DNA from: Polyangiaceae bacterium | Lineage (GTDB): Bacteria; Myxococcota_A; Polyangia; Polyangiales; Polyangiaceae | DNA: 64,000 nt | Direction of reading: 5' to 3' | Assembly (NCBI GenBank): GCA_033763455.1 | Contig: JANRKO010000089.1 | Span: 1 to 64,000 of the forward strand | Shown: positions 9,623 through 19,359 of the stretch, piece by piece | Layout of the letters: every line of letters begins with the position of its first letter | Position numbering within the stretch: the stretch's first letter is position 1 | Notes under the pieces: generated by a model | What the model was told of the DNA's origin: nothing | Databases searched by the model: none | What the model saw: only the letters and a program-made list of their open reading frames with translations | Program-made: the position numbers and the translations under genes

Positions 9623-10168
9623 ATGTCGGACAACACATCGTCCAACCTGGCGGTGAACCTCAAACGCTTACGGGAGACGCGCGGCCTTAGCCAGCAAGCC
9701 TTGGCCGAGCTTTCGGGTGTGCCGCGACCGACCGTTGCGCATCTGGAATCCGGCAACGCCAATCCAACCGTGCTCGTGCTTATGCGCGTGTGCCAAGCGG
9801 TGGGCGTTTCAATGGATCAGCTTGTCGAGAGCCCCGGCGTGGGCGCGCGGTTCTACGCCAAACAGAGCCTTCCGAGGCGCTCCCGTGCGGGCACGGTCAT
9901 TTCTCAGATCATGGTGGATCCACCGCCGGGGCACGGCATCGAACGCCTTGAGCTCGCGCCCAAGGCGAGGCATGCGGTGCCCGGTCAATCTAACGGCAAG
10001 CGTTACCTTGCATGTGAAGATGGGGAGCTTGAGGTGGATGTCGAGGGGGCCATGTATCGGCTCGAGGCGGGCGACGTGATCACGTTACGCGGTGAGGTGG
10101 GGCACGAGTATAAAAATTCTGGACGAAAGCCCGCCGTGGCCTACTGTGTCACCGTTCCCCAAGGGTAG
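9623..10168 (+). CDS. XRE-family HTH regulator with C-terminal cupin domain
   Basis: LKRLRETRGLSQQALAELSGV..LESGNANPT; cupin GELEV...LEAGD...HEYKN. Confidence 0.9.
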   Translation: MSDNTSSNLAVNLKRLRETRGLSQQALAELSGVPRPTVAHLESGNANPTVLVLMRVCQAVGVSMDQLVESPGVGARFYAKQSLPRRSRAGTVISQIMVDPPPGHGIERLELAPKARHAVPGQSNGKRYLACEDGELEVDVEGAMYRLEAGDVITLRGEVGHEYKNSGRKPAVAYCVTVPQG

Positions 10169-10230
10169 CTGCCAATCGGCCGATAGCGAAGCCAAGCAGT
10201 GCCTGGGCTTTGACCCGGGCGGTCTGCGCG

Positions 10231-11925
10231 TTAGCTTATGGAGACGTTCTCGCTGTCTAGCTCGACCGCGGGCGTGGGATCGGAAACACGAGGCAAGTTG
10301 TGTTCGAGCCAAGCAACCAAGCGCGCCGTCCCTTCTTTGCCGAGTGCCGAGCACGGGACCCCCGCACTGCCATGCTCAATTGCCTCCCTCGTTTCGCTAT
10401 CCACCAGATCGATCTTGTTGAAAATCCGCAGCCTCGGCAGCGAATCAAGCTCAAGGGCCCGCAATAACTCGTCAGTGGTGCTGAGGTGCGCTGGCATCTC
10501 CGGATCCGAGGCGTCCAACACTTCTAAGAGAAGATCGGCGTCGGCCGTTTCTTCGAACGTAGAGCGAAAAGCGGCAAATAGATCTTTGGGCATGTCGCGA
10601 ATGAAGCCCACAGTGTCCGTGAGCACAGCCGCGAGCCCGCTTGGGAGGCGTAGGCGCCGTGCGCGGGTTTCAAGCGTGGCAAAGAGTTTATCTTCCGCCA
10701 ACACTCCTGCGTGCGTCAGGGTGTTCAACAACGTGCTCTTACCTGCATTCGTGTAGCCAACGATGGCTACCACCGGAACCGAACCGGCCCCGCGCTTGCG
10801 TCGCCGTTCTGAGCGTTGCCGAGAGAGTGTGCGAAGCTCGCGCTCCAATCGATCAATGCGTTCGCGCGCACGCCGGCGCCCTACTTCAAGCTTCGTTTCG
10901 CCAGGACCCCGGCCACCGATTCCACCGGTGAGCCTGCTCAACGCGTCATCTTTGGTTCCAAGCTTGGGCAAGCTGTACTTTAGCTGTGCTAATTCAACCT
11001 GAGCTTTGCCATCGCGCGTCTGCGCTCGCTGCGCAAAAATATCCAGGATGAGCTGCGTGCGGTCGATAACCCGCAGATCCGTCTTGCTGGCGATGGAGCT
11101 CACCTGAGTGGGGCTCAGATTGCAGTCAAAAATGAGCGTCTCTACGTCTTGCTCGATAGCGCGAAGCACCACTTGCTCTAGGCGCCCGCGGCCCAGCACA
11201 AACTTTGGATCCACGCTATCTCGCAGTTGTTGGATCTTGTCGATCACGTCCACCCCGGCGGTACGCGCCAAACTCTCAAGCTCGGTAAGGCGGGAATGGG
11301 CGTGCCGAGCTGCATCACGGGTTCGCTTCTCGCCGACGTGGATTAGGATCGCGCGGCCATCTTTGCTTTGCGTGGAGCGTGTGCGCGCCTTGTGGCGAAA
11401 CTCATCCTCAAGGGCCGAAATGAGTTCCCCAAAGTTGGGAGATGGATGCCCCCACGGGAAAGGCCCCTCCACTTGGTAGCTGGGCTCGGCGCCCTCAAGT
11501 GTGCCCGGGGTGTTGTACGCCCATGTAACACTGCGTGGCTCACCCTCAAGGTTGAGCAGGATCGCTGCAACAAGGTCCAGCCGCAAACGAGTGAGGTCCG
11601 TAAGATCGTCGCGCGTGAGTGGCTCGGCAAACAAGTGCGTGTGAATCAGTCGCAGTGCGCGAAACCGCCCGTCGGCTGCACGCAGACGCCCGATATCTGG
11701 CAGCATGATGCCGGTAGCGTTGCCGACCACCACATAATCCACCTGGCCAGAGCGATGTACGAGCGCCCCCACTTGCCGCTTAGATTCACGCGAGGCCTCC
11801 GCGAGCGAGCGGGCGAGCTCGGGAGTGAAGATGGTATCCGCAGGTACGCGCCGCCGATAGACACGCTCAAGAGCTTTAATGGCTCGCGGGGCGAGCCCGC
11901 TCACGTTTCCGTAGATTTCGGGCAT
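10231..11925 (-). CDS. hflX: GTPase HflX (long N-terminal form)
   Basis: GIGGRGPGETKLE, GYTNAGKST, LFATL, DTVGFI and NKID motifs. Confidence 0.95.
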   Translation of the reverse strand: MPEIYGNVSGLAPRAIKALERVYRRRVPADTIFTPELARSLAEASRESKRQVGALVHRSGQVDYVVVGNATGIMLPDIGRLRAADGRFRALRLIHTHLFAEPLTRDDLTDLTRLRLDLVAAILLNLEGEPRSVTWAYNTPGTLEGAEPSYQVEGPFPWGHPSPNFGELISALEDEFRHKARTRSTQSKDGRAILIHVGEKRTRDAARHAHSRLTELESLARTAGVDVIDKIQQLRDSVDPKFVLGRGRLEQVVLRAIEQDVETLIFDCNLSPTQVSSIASKTDLRVIDRTQLILDIFAQRAQTRDGKAQVELAQLKYSLPKLGTKDDALSRLTGGIGGRGPGETKLEVGRRRARERIDRLERELRTLSRQRSERRRKRGAGSVPVVAIVGYTNAGKSTLLNTLTHAGVLAEDKLFATLETRARRLRLPSGLAAVLTDTVGFIRDMPKDLFAAFRSTFEETADADLLLEVLDASDPEMPAHLSTTDELLRALELDSLPRLRIFNKIDLVDSETREAIEHGSAGVPCSALGKEGTARLVAWLEHNLPRVSDPTPAVELDSENVSIS

Positions 11926-12021
11926 GCAGAAGGGCTCGGGACGCAGCTGAGCTTAGCACGCTTCGGGGGGCGATTCGTGGGGTCTTGGGCTGGGCTCGGC
12001 ATTTCGGCATAGTGCCCACCA

Positions 12022-12975
12022 ATGGCACTCCTTACCCCAATCACAGAAGCCGAAGCCAAACGGCTGCTTGCTGAATACGGCCTTCCGCTTGAGCAGATCG
12101 AGGCACTTAGCTTGGGCTCCGTGAATTCCAATTTCCGCTTGCGAATGCAAAATGGCTCGCTGTTTTTCGCCAGGATCTACGAAGAGCAGGGCAGGGAAGG
12201 AGCTGCGATGGAAGTGGCGCTCTTGGCGGGGCTCGCTCAAATGGGGCTGCCAGTAGCCGAAGCTGTGCGCCAGTCAAACGGCGAATGTATCGCTAGCTTC
12301 AAGGGGAAACCCTTTGCTGTTTTTCCTTGGATTGAAGGGACGATAACCTGCCAGAGCTTGGTGAGTTCGGCGCGAGCCTTTAAAATCGGCGAAGCGCTCG
12401 CGCGCCTGCATGTTGCAACGGCGTCTTTGCCAAGCTTGAACCCAAGTCGATTTGGGGTGCCAGAGATCTTCGCACGCCTAGACACGGTGCTCGCTGCCGG
12501 AGGCGGAGCGTTCGACGAGGTTGTGGAGGATATCCGCGCGAAGCTTCGGCATTATGCGGAGCTCCGGGATGGGTCGCTTCCGAAGGGCGTGATCCACGGC
12601 GACTTATTTCGAGATAACGTGCTGTGGCGTGGCGACGAACTCGCCGCGTTGCTGGATTTCGAGAGCGCAAGTTACGGGGTCTTCATGTACGACTTGCTCG
12701 TGACTGTGCTCGCGTGGTGCTACGGCTCCAAGCTCGATGTTGAGCTCGCTCGTGTCATGGTGCGCGGCTACGAGTCCGTACGACCGATCAGTGCCGAAGA
12801 GCGGCAGGGGGCGCTCGCCGAAGGTGCCATCGCGTGCCTGCGGTTCGCGACCACGCGCATCACGGATTTTTCCTTGCGAGCAAAGCCTGGCGAGGCTCCC
12901 GTTAGGGACTTTCGTAGGTTTTTGGCTCGGCTTAGGGCGCTCGAAGGGGGCGCACTCGCTGAATTCATGGGCTGA
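12022..12975 (+). CDS. thrB: Homoserine kinase type II (APH-like fold)
   Basis: GSVNSNF, LPKGVIHGDLFRDNV and LLDF motifs. Confidence 0.85.
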   Translation: MALLTPITEAEAKRLLAEYGLPLEQIEALSLGSVNSNFRLRMQNGSLFFARIYEEQGREGAAMEVALLAGLAQMGLPVAEAVRQSNGECIASFKGKPFAVFPWIEGTITCQSLVSSARAFKIGEALARLHVATASLPSLNPSRFGVPEIFARLDTVLAAGGGAFDEVVEDIRAKLRHYAELRDGSLPKGVIHGDLFRDNVLWRGDELAALLDFESASYGVFMYDLLVTVLAWCYGSKLDVELARVMVRGYESVRPISAEERQGALAEGAIACLRFATTRITDFSLRAKPGEAPVRDFRRFLARLRALEGGALAEFMG

Positions 12976-13068
12976 GGGTAAGGGCACGGCTGGGCCAATC
13001 GAGGGTCCGCCCTTGAAAGATCCTGAGCAAGGTGGCACCCCTCCGGGCTCGTTGACACGGAGGATTTC

Positions 13069-14463
13069 ATGAGTCAGGCGCGCGGCGGCAGGCTTCCCGA
13101 ACAAATCAGTCTTGCGATGTTGGAGCTCAATACGAGCGTCCACATAGACAGTGCGTTGTGGCGCCAAGACATTCGCGGTTCCGAAGTGCACGCAGCCGGG
13201 CTCGCACGGGCCGGTGTGCTGACTGAGGAAGAATCCCGGCAGTTAATTGCTGGCTTGGCTCAGGTGCGTCATGAGATTGAGTCAGGGGCTTTTGTCTGGG
13301 ATGCGAAAAAAGAAGATGTTCATATGAACATCGAATCGCGGTTAATCGAAATTTGTGGTCCAGTAGGAGGCAAGCTCCACACCGGGCGCTCGCGCAACGA
13401 CCAAGTGGCGACGGATCTTCGCCTCTGGACGCGCGATAAGCTCGACGAAACCATCTCCGCGATTGCAGCCCTTGCTCAGGTTCTCTTCGAACGGGCCGAA
13501 GAAGAAATCGATACCTTGATGCCCGCATACACGCACCTCCAGCCCGGCCAGCCTAGCCGGCTTTCGCACCATTTAATGGCGTGGCAGGAGCTGTTGCGGC
13601 GGGATGCAACCCGTTTGGTGGACGCTCGCGTCCGCCTCAACGAATGCCCTTTGGGTGCAGGTGCGGTCGCAGGCACCGGTTTCCCGTTGGATCGCTCGTG
13701 GGTTGCAGAGAGTTTGGGGTTTGACAGGCCCACCCGCAATTCGATAGACGCGACGGGGAGCCGCGATTTTCTGATGGAGGTAGCCTCAGGCCTTGCAATC
13801 ACCAATATCCACTTGTCGCGGATTGGCGAAGAGGTGGTGCTGTGGTCGACTCAGGAATTCGGCTACATGAGTTTGAGTGATGAGTTTTCAACTAGCTCGT
13901 CGATGATGCCGCAGAAGAAAAACCCTGACGTGGCCGAGCTTGCTCGGGGCAAAGCTGCTCGAGCCGTGGGCGCGCTTACCTCCCTCCTGGTTCTCGAAAA
14001 GAGTTTGTGTTTTGGGTATGGCCGTGATCTTCAGGAAGATAAACGCCCCATTTTTGATGCCTTCGAGGGCGCGTTGGTGACGCTGAGGGCGCTTACGGGC
14101 GCGTTGAAGACTGCAACGTTTCACCGCCACACGTTAGAGCGTGCGCTCAATCGCGGGCACCTGTGCGCGACGGATCTGGCTGATGCTCTGGTGCGGCGTG
14201 GCGTACCGTTTCGTGAAGCTCACCATGTTGTTGGCGGGCTCGTGCGCGAAGCGGAGGTGCGAGGCGTTCAGCTGGGAGGGCTAGATACCGCCACACTTGA
14301 GCAAGCTCATCCGCTGCTCGCGGGCCCGGAGATGGCCCAAGCGTTGGATCCGGTGCAAGCGGTCGAGCGGCGTTCCCTTTTGGGGGGGCCAGCGAAGGCG
14401 ACGGTGCTCGCCGCGATTCGGGAAGCCACGGAGTTCTGGACAACGCTGCCCGCCGGTTCTTGA
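13069..14463 (+). CDS. argH: Argininosuccinate lyase
   Basis: EDVHMNIE, HTGRSRNDQVATD, SSSMMPQKKNPD and GVPFREAH motifs. Confidence 0.97.
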   Translation: MSQARGGRLPEQISLAMLELNTSVHIDSALWRQDIRGSEVHAAGLARAGVLTEEESRQLIAGLAQVRHEIESGAFVWDAKKEDVHMNIESRLIEICGPVGGKLHTGRSRNDQVATDLRLWTRDKLDETISAIAALAQVLFERAEEEIDTLMPAYTHLQPGQPSRLSHHLMAWQELLRRDATRLVDARVRLNECPLGAGAVAGTGFPLDRSWVAESLGFDRPTRNSIDATGSRDFLMEVASGLAITNIHLSRIGEEVVLWSTQEFGYMSLSDEFSTSSSMMPQKKNPDVAELARGKAARAVGALTSLLVLEKSLCFGYGRDLQEDKRPIFDAFEGALVTLRALTGALKTATFHRHTLERALNRGHLCATDLADALVRRGVPFREAHHVVGGLVREAEVRGVQLGGLDTATLEQAHPLLAGPEMAQALDPVQAVERRSLLGGPAKATVLAAIREATEFWTTLPAGS

Positions 14464-14675
14464 CGCTGTCGGCGAGGGGCAAGCAAAGGGCTTTGGTCAG
14501 CTTCTGGGGAGGCCCGTACCCCGGGCATTCTACTCGGCTTTTGGGCCTAAGTTGGCTCCTCGGGTGTTGCGCTGGATGTGAGGTGATGAAGGCGCAGAAG
14601 GAGTGCTTGCAATTCGAGGTTAGCGCTGTTGCCATAGAAAGGCTGTGACCAAGATAAGATCGAACGGAGTGCCGC

Positions 14676-15395
14676 ATGCAGCTTGATTTCGTGACGCGTG
14701 AGGTAACGATCAAGCTCGTCTATTACGGGCCGGCGCTCAGCGGGAAGACCACCAACCTGCAGATGCTGCATCGGGCGGCAGCTGAAGACAGCACTGGGCG
14801 TCTCATGACCCTCGAAACTCGCGACGATCGAACGCTCTTCTTCGACCTTTTGCCACTTACGTTTAGGCAAGACAAAGGCGTCTCGGTACGGTTGAAGATC
14901 TTCACCGTTCCCGGGCAGGTGATTCACGCATCCACCCGGCGCTTGGTGGTGCAAGGAGCAGATGGGGTTGCGTTTATCGCAGATTCCCAGCTTGCCGAGA
15001 CGGAACATAACGCTGAATCCTTCATGGATCTCAAGCAGAATTTGAAAGACAGCGGTATCTCGCTCAAGAACATGCCCGTTATCATTCAATTCAACAAACG
15101 GGACATGCCACACATCCGCAGCGATGCGGAAATCGCACAGCTCGCCGCGCAAGGCCAGGAGCCGGTGTACCTGGCCACCGCAACACGGCTTGAGGGCGTG
15201 GTTGAGAGTTTCATCGGGCTCTTACATCTGGTGCTGAAGAATTTGGATGCGGAGCACAAGCTGGACGAAAAGTTCGGGTTCAATCGATCTGCTTTTTTGG
15301 CGCAAGCCGCGCACAAGCTGGGCCAGACGCGTTCAGTAGCTGAGTTGCTAAAAGCGCGTGTAGGCGCTGGCGCGGATGTGAAAGGGGGTGGCTAA
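14676..15395 (+). CDS. MglA-family small GTPase (MglA paralog with C-terminal extension, possibly SofG-like)
   Basis: IKLVYYGPALSGKTTNL, DRTLFFD, TVPGQ and NKRD motifs; no mglB adjacent. Confidence 0.88.
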   Translation: MQLDFVTREVTIKLVYYGPALSGKTTNLQMLHRAAAEDSTGRLMTLETRDDRTLFFDLLPLTFRQDKGVSVRLKIFTVPGQVIHASTRRLVVQGADGVAFIADSQLAETEHNAESFMDLKQNLKDSGISLKNMPVIIQFNKRDMPHIRSDAEIAQLAAQGQEPVYLATATRLEGVVESFIGLLHLVLKNLDAEHKLDEKFGFNRSAFLAQAAHKLGQTRSVAELLKARVGAGADVKGGG

Positions 15396-16816
15396 TGGAG
15401 GCGCAGCCGCCCCAATCGCTCAGAACACTGGATGAGCTCACCCTGCGAGATCGCTACGCGTTGGAAGATCTTGTGGATCGCACCGTGCTCGGTGACATGA
15501 TCCGAAGCTTTTTCGATCTGTTTCGGTTGCCACTGCGCATCTACAGCGCCTCCGATAACCTACTGGCGGATGCCAGCGAGCAGCCACCCCTCTACTCGTA
15601 CTTGAATGAGTTCCGCGGTATTCGAGACGCGATTCAGACGACAGTGGATGGGGTGAAGAAGATCAACCCAGCCCAAACGGGTGAAGTTACATTTCCCTGC
15701 GTTACGGGTGCTGTGTATCGCATTGTGGGGATTACCTACGACACACGTATGATGGGCAGGATGATCATCGGGCCCTTCGTGCCTGCTGGCGTCTCCGAGG
15801 TTTCCGCTGAACTAAGAGCGAAGGAGCCCAGCCTCGATCCTGAAAAGCTGCGCACCCTCTTTGCTCAAATGCCTCGAGTGCGCGAAGAAACGGTGAGCCA
15901 GATTGCGCGGCACCTGTGCAAGACGCTCGATCTTATCCTTTTTTCAGGTCACCGAGCGCTTCTCTCCTCGAATATGCACCTGGCGAGCGTGCGCGAGAGT
16001 TACCAAGAACTTGAGGGCAAGAATGCCAAGCTCCAGGATGCCTATGATCGGCTAAAGGAGCTGGATCGCCTCAAGAGCAATTTTCTGGCGACGGTGTCTC
16101 ATGAGCTTCGAACGCCGCTCACGTCCATCATTGGCTATAGCGAGATGCTCTCCGAAGGCATTGCTGGGGATTTGACCGAAGAGCAGCGTGATTTCGTTCG
16201 CACGATTTACGAAAAGGGCGAGCAGCTTTTGCATCTCATTAAGGGTCTCTTGGATCTCTCAAAGCTCGAGAGCGGCACCATGAGTCTCAAAAAAGCCTAC
16301 TCTCAGGTGGGGCCCCTGGTGCGCGATATTGCGCAAACCGTCGCACCCACCGCGAGGAAGAAGGGCGTCCATATCGAAACACACGTGGAAGCTGGTATCC
16401 CAGATATGTGGGCGGACACAGCGCGCCTCCGCCAGGTGTTCTTGAATTTGGTAGACAACGCTATCAAGTTCACACCAGAGGGTGGCTTAATTACTATAAG
16501 TTCTAGGTTAACAACTCTGGATGCGAACCCCGAAGATGTGGGTGGCCTGGTGCTCATGGCTCGGCGCCAGGGAATAGAATTTCGTATCGCAGATACGGGC
16601 ATTGGCATCCCTGACGCTGAGAAGCCCCGGGTTTTCGATGCGTTTTATCAGGTGGATTCGAGCTCCACACGCGAACAAGGCGGCACAGGCCTTGGCCTTT
16701 CGATCGTCAAACGCCTGGTGGAAAGCCACAACGGGCGAGTGACGATCGAAGACAACCAGCCCACTGGGGCCGTGTTTGTCGTCGTAATTCCGTGTCGGCG
16801 AGCCACGATGGCGTAG
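15395..16816 (+). CDS. Cytoplasmic sensor histidine kinase with N-terminal PocR-like domain
   Basis: H-box SHELRTPLT, N-box NLVDNAIKFT, G-boxes DTGIGI and GTGLGL; no TM segment; TAATG overlap with the GTPase stop. Confidence 0.9.
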   Translation: MEAQPPQSLRTLDELTLRDRYALEDLVDRTVLGDMIRSFFDLFRLPLRIYSASDNLLADASEQPPLYSYLNEFRGIRDAIQTTVDGVKKINPAQTGEVTFPCVTGAVYRIVGITYDTRMMGRMIIGPFVPAGVSEVSAELRAKEPSLDPEKLRTLFAQMPRVREETVSQIARHLCKTLDLILFSGHRALLSSNMHLASVRESYQELEGKNAKLQDAYDRLKELDRLKSNFLATVSHELRTPLTSIIGYSEMLSEGIAGDLTEEQRDFVRTIYEKGEQLLHLIKGLLDLSKLESGTMSLKKAYSQVGPLVRDIAQTVAPTARKKGVHIETHVEAGIPDMWADTARLRQVFLNLVDNAIKFTPEGGLITISSRLTTLDANPEDVGGLVLMARRQGIEFRIADTGIGIPDAEKPRVFDAFYQVDSSSTREQGGTGLGLSIVKRLVESHNGRVTIEDNQPTGAVFVVVIPCRRATMA

Positions 16817-16945
16817 CGTTCGGGGGGTCGCCCAAGGAGCGGTGCGGGTGAGTTGGTGGCTTGCGATTCGAAGCCAGGGCCTGTGAGGCCGTCGCTTCGC
16901 GTGCCTCGATTCGAAGCCGGTGAGCGTAGTTTCGTGTGGGCGATT

Positions 16946-16967
16946 GGTACTTAGCATAGCAAGTAAA
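16946..16967. repeat. Copy of the dispersed 22-bp palindrome (CATA-core variant)
   Basis: GGTACTT-AGCATAGC-AAGTAAA between the kinase and thiL. Confidence 0.7.
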
Positions 16968-17126
16968 TGGGTGGAGAGTGTGATTAGCCAATCTCTATCG
17001 CGTCGAAGGGGGGAGCACTTGTGAAGGCTCGTGAGAGGCTAAGGGTTAGGGGGCCACATAGTGAGCCTAGCGAAGACTTGCCTCGACGTATTCCTCACGT
17101 CACTTCACTTTGCTAACGTAGGCTAC

Positions 17127-18230
17127 ATGGCCGCGCTTTCTGAATTCCAAATGATCGAATTAATTGCGAAAGCGGCTCGGTCTTCACAAAAAGGGGTGCC
17201 GAGCGTGGGCCGTTCGGGTGGTGCCGTTCAGCGCCGAGGACTAAGTGGTAAGCTTCGTGGTAGTGAACCAGAAAGGGTGTTGCTTGGGATCGGCGATGAC
17301 GCCGCTGTACTTCAAGTGGGTGGAGAACGCCTGGTAGTGAGCGTGGATGCCTGTGGGGAGGGGGTGCATTTTGAGCGAAATTGGCTGGGTTTTGCCGATT
17401 TGGGGTTCAAGGCGACGCAGGCGGCGCTGAGCGATTTGGCGGCAATGGGCGCTCAGCCGTTAGGATTCACGTCGGCGCTCATGCTTCCCGAAGGGTTGGA
17501 ACGCAGAGAGCTTTCGGCCTTGGTGCGAGGCCAGGTGCAAGCGGGCAAAGGCATAGGTTGTCCACTTATCGGCGGAAATATTGCGCGGTCGAAGGCATTT
17601 TCGATCACCACTACCGTCTTGGGCACCGTGTCACGAATTGTCCCACGATCGGGAGCACGCATTGGCGACGAAGTGTGGCTTATCGGTAGTGTGGGTATGG
17701 CAGCGCTCGGGCTAGAGCTTTTGCGACGGGCAAGCAGCGCGAGCAAGCTCCGTGCTCGGCGTAGCCCGGGGGGCTCGGTCGTTGCGTGGTCGTCATCGGA
17801 TCCGTTTGAACGCCGCGCGGTTCAGGCCTGGCGGCGCCCTAAGGCGTTGATCTCGGAGGGAGAGCGTTTGGTGTCGTACGCCCACGCGTTGATCGATGTC
17901 TCAGATGGCCTCGGCCAAGATGTGGGTCATATCGCCGCAGCAAGCGGCGTGAAGCTAGTGCTAGACGAAGTTCAACTGAGAGCCACGTGCCCTAGGCAAT
18001 ATGCGGCCCAATGCAAGAAGCTTCAGCTCGATCCGCTGCGGCTATGCCTCAACGGAGGCGAAGATTACGCCTTGGTGGCAACAGGCCCCCACGGTAAAAA
18101 GCCCGCATTTGCCCGTATTATTGGCGTTGTGGAAGCGGGACGCGGCACCTGGTTAAGACGGGAAGATGGAAAGCTGCAGCCAATCGGTACGGGGGGCTTC
18201 GAGCATTTTAGCGGTCGTTTGGATACTTAG
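17127..18230 (+). CDS. thiL: Thiamine-monophosphate kinase
   Basis: SEF, GIGDDAAV, SDLAAMGA, LIGGN, IDVSDGL and GGEDYAL motifs; start set to ATG 17127. Confidence 0.93.
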   Translation: MAALSEFQMIELIAKAARSSQKGVPSVGRSGGAVQRRGLSGKLRGSEPERVLLGIGDDAAVLQVGGERLVVSVDACGEGVHFERNWLGFADLGFKATQAALSDLAAMGAQPLGFTSALMLPEGLERRELSALVRGQVQAGKGIGCPLIGGNIARSKAFSITTTVLGTVSRIVPRSGARIGDEVWLIGSVGMAALGLELLRRASSASKLRARRSPGGSVVAWSSSDPFERRAVQAWRRPKALISEGERLVSYAHALIDVSDGLGQDVGHIAAASGVKLVLDEVQLRATCPRQYAAQCKKLQLDPLRLCLNGGEDYALVATGPHGKKPAFARIIGVVEAGRGTWLRREDGKLQPIGTGGFEHFSGRLDT

Positions 18231-18658
18231 AATCCGTTTGGGATCCGTACGGAAATTAACGGGGAACAATCTCGCATTTCATTAACTGAGGGGCTGTTCG
18301 CACACGAGTGATCGTGCGCTCACGGGGCGTTCAGCCCTCTCCGGCGCGCGCCGTGTGGTAAGCGCGTTGAGCGCTTTAGGTTACCGACACGCGCGCGGCG
18401 AAGAGGCGCTCGGCCGCGTGGATGCTTGCCGAGCACGGCCGGCCGTGTTTTTCTGCCCCCTAGGGGGAGCATCAAACAAAGCTGACGCCCGGAGTTTCGC
18501 CGTGGCCGACCTTAAAGATCCATCCGCGGCGCGGCGCATTCATCGCCGGGGGATGTTAACTTCTTTGCGGTGTTAGCGCGAGCTCGCCTCGAACGGAGGG
18601 GCGGTCACCTCGATTCGCGTTCAAGATGCGCCTTGACCTGCCATGCGCGACACCGAGA

Positions 18659-18680
18659 GATACTTGTCATGCTAAGTAGT
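18659..18680. repeat. Copy of the dispersed 22-bp palindrome
   Basis: GATACTT-GTCATGCT-AAGTAGT inside a longer imperfect inverted repeat, between convergent genes. Confidence 0.8.
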
Positions 18681-18778
18681 TCTCGTGTGAGAGAAAGGGC
18701 TCGTGCCGAGCCGGACACCACCGTCAAGCAGAAGCGCTCTCGACCGTTTCCGAGACGCCTGGCTAACGCATCCGCAAG

Positions 18779-19207
18779 TTACTGACACGCTACCGGCATG
18801 CCAACGCCCTTCAGCGCGACTTGCACGGCCGTGACGATGCTTTGCTTTTGCTGCCCTTGCGCTACCAGGGCATCGCACGCCGCGGCGGCTTGTAGCATGT
18901 AGTCGTTGTTGGGCGGGGGAGCGTTGGCGGCATTTTGGCGAAGCGCGGCGCAACACTTCTTGAGGCTTGGCCCCGCCTGCCCTGTGCCTTTTTTGACCTC
19001 GGTGGGTGCGGCGGCGTCCGGAACCGCTTCTGGTTCGGGTGCCAACTCAAGCGGAGGCGGCGGCGCAGCGGTTGTAGCGGGTGGGGGAGGCAAAGGAGGC
19101 GGTGGCTCATCCTTCTTGCAGCCTGTGGTGCCAGCAATGACGGCTGAGCCCAGCACTACAAGAGTGAAAAAGAACTTGTGACCCAAACGCGCACTCTGTT
19201 GATTCAT
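18779..19207 (-). CDS. Hypothetical lipoprotein (Pro-rich linker, small Cys-containing helical domain)
   Basis: Lipobox-like TTGC, poly-Pro stretch, KKCCAAL...ACDAL...ACQ. Confidence 0.75.
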   Translation of the reverse strand: MNQQSARLGHKFFFTLVVLGSAVIAGTTGCKKDEPPPPLPPPPATTAAPPPPLELAPEPEAVPDAAAPTEVKKGTGQAGPSLKKCCAALRQNAANAPPPNNDYMLQAAAACDALVAQGQQKQSIVTAVQVALKGVGMPVACQ

Positions 19208-19359
19208 CCCACGTGTCCTCTCGGGGTACGTAAACCCAATCGATCCTTACTACTCTCTGCTTCGGCTGCCCAGGGGCCCCGTCTGGATCAACCAGCAGCG
19301 CTCGTGACGCCGCTGGCTGATAGACGATTAGGTGCAGAAAACGAACCGGCGGCCGGGGC

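Noticed and set aside
17005..17080. TPP riboswitch upstream of thiL (GGGGAGC...GTGAGAGG)
   Set aside because: Lacks an intact CTGAGA motif and the downstream ACCTGA/TAATGC-type core.
18222..18230. GATACTTAG half-site at the thiL stop, identical to the left arm of the 22-bp element
   Set aside because: No right arm, and it overlaps coding sequence; may be chance.
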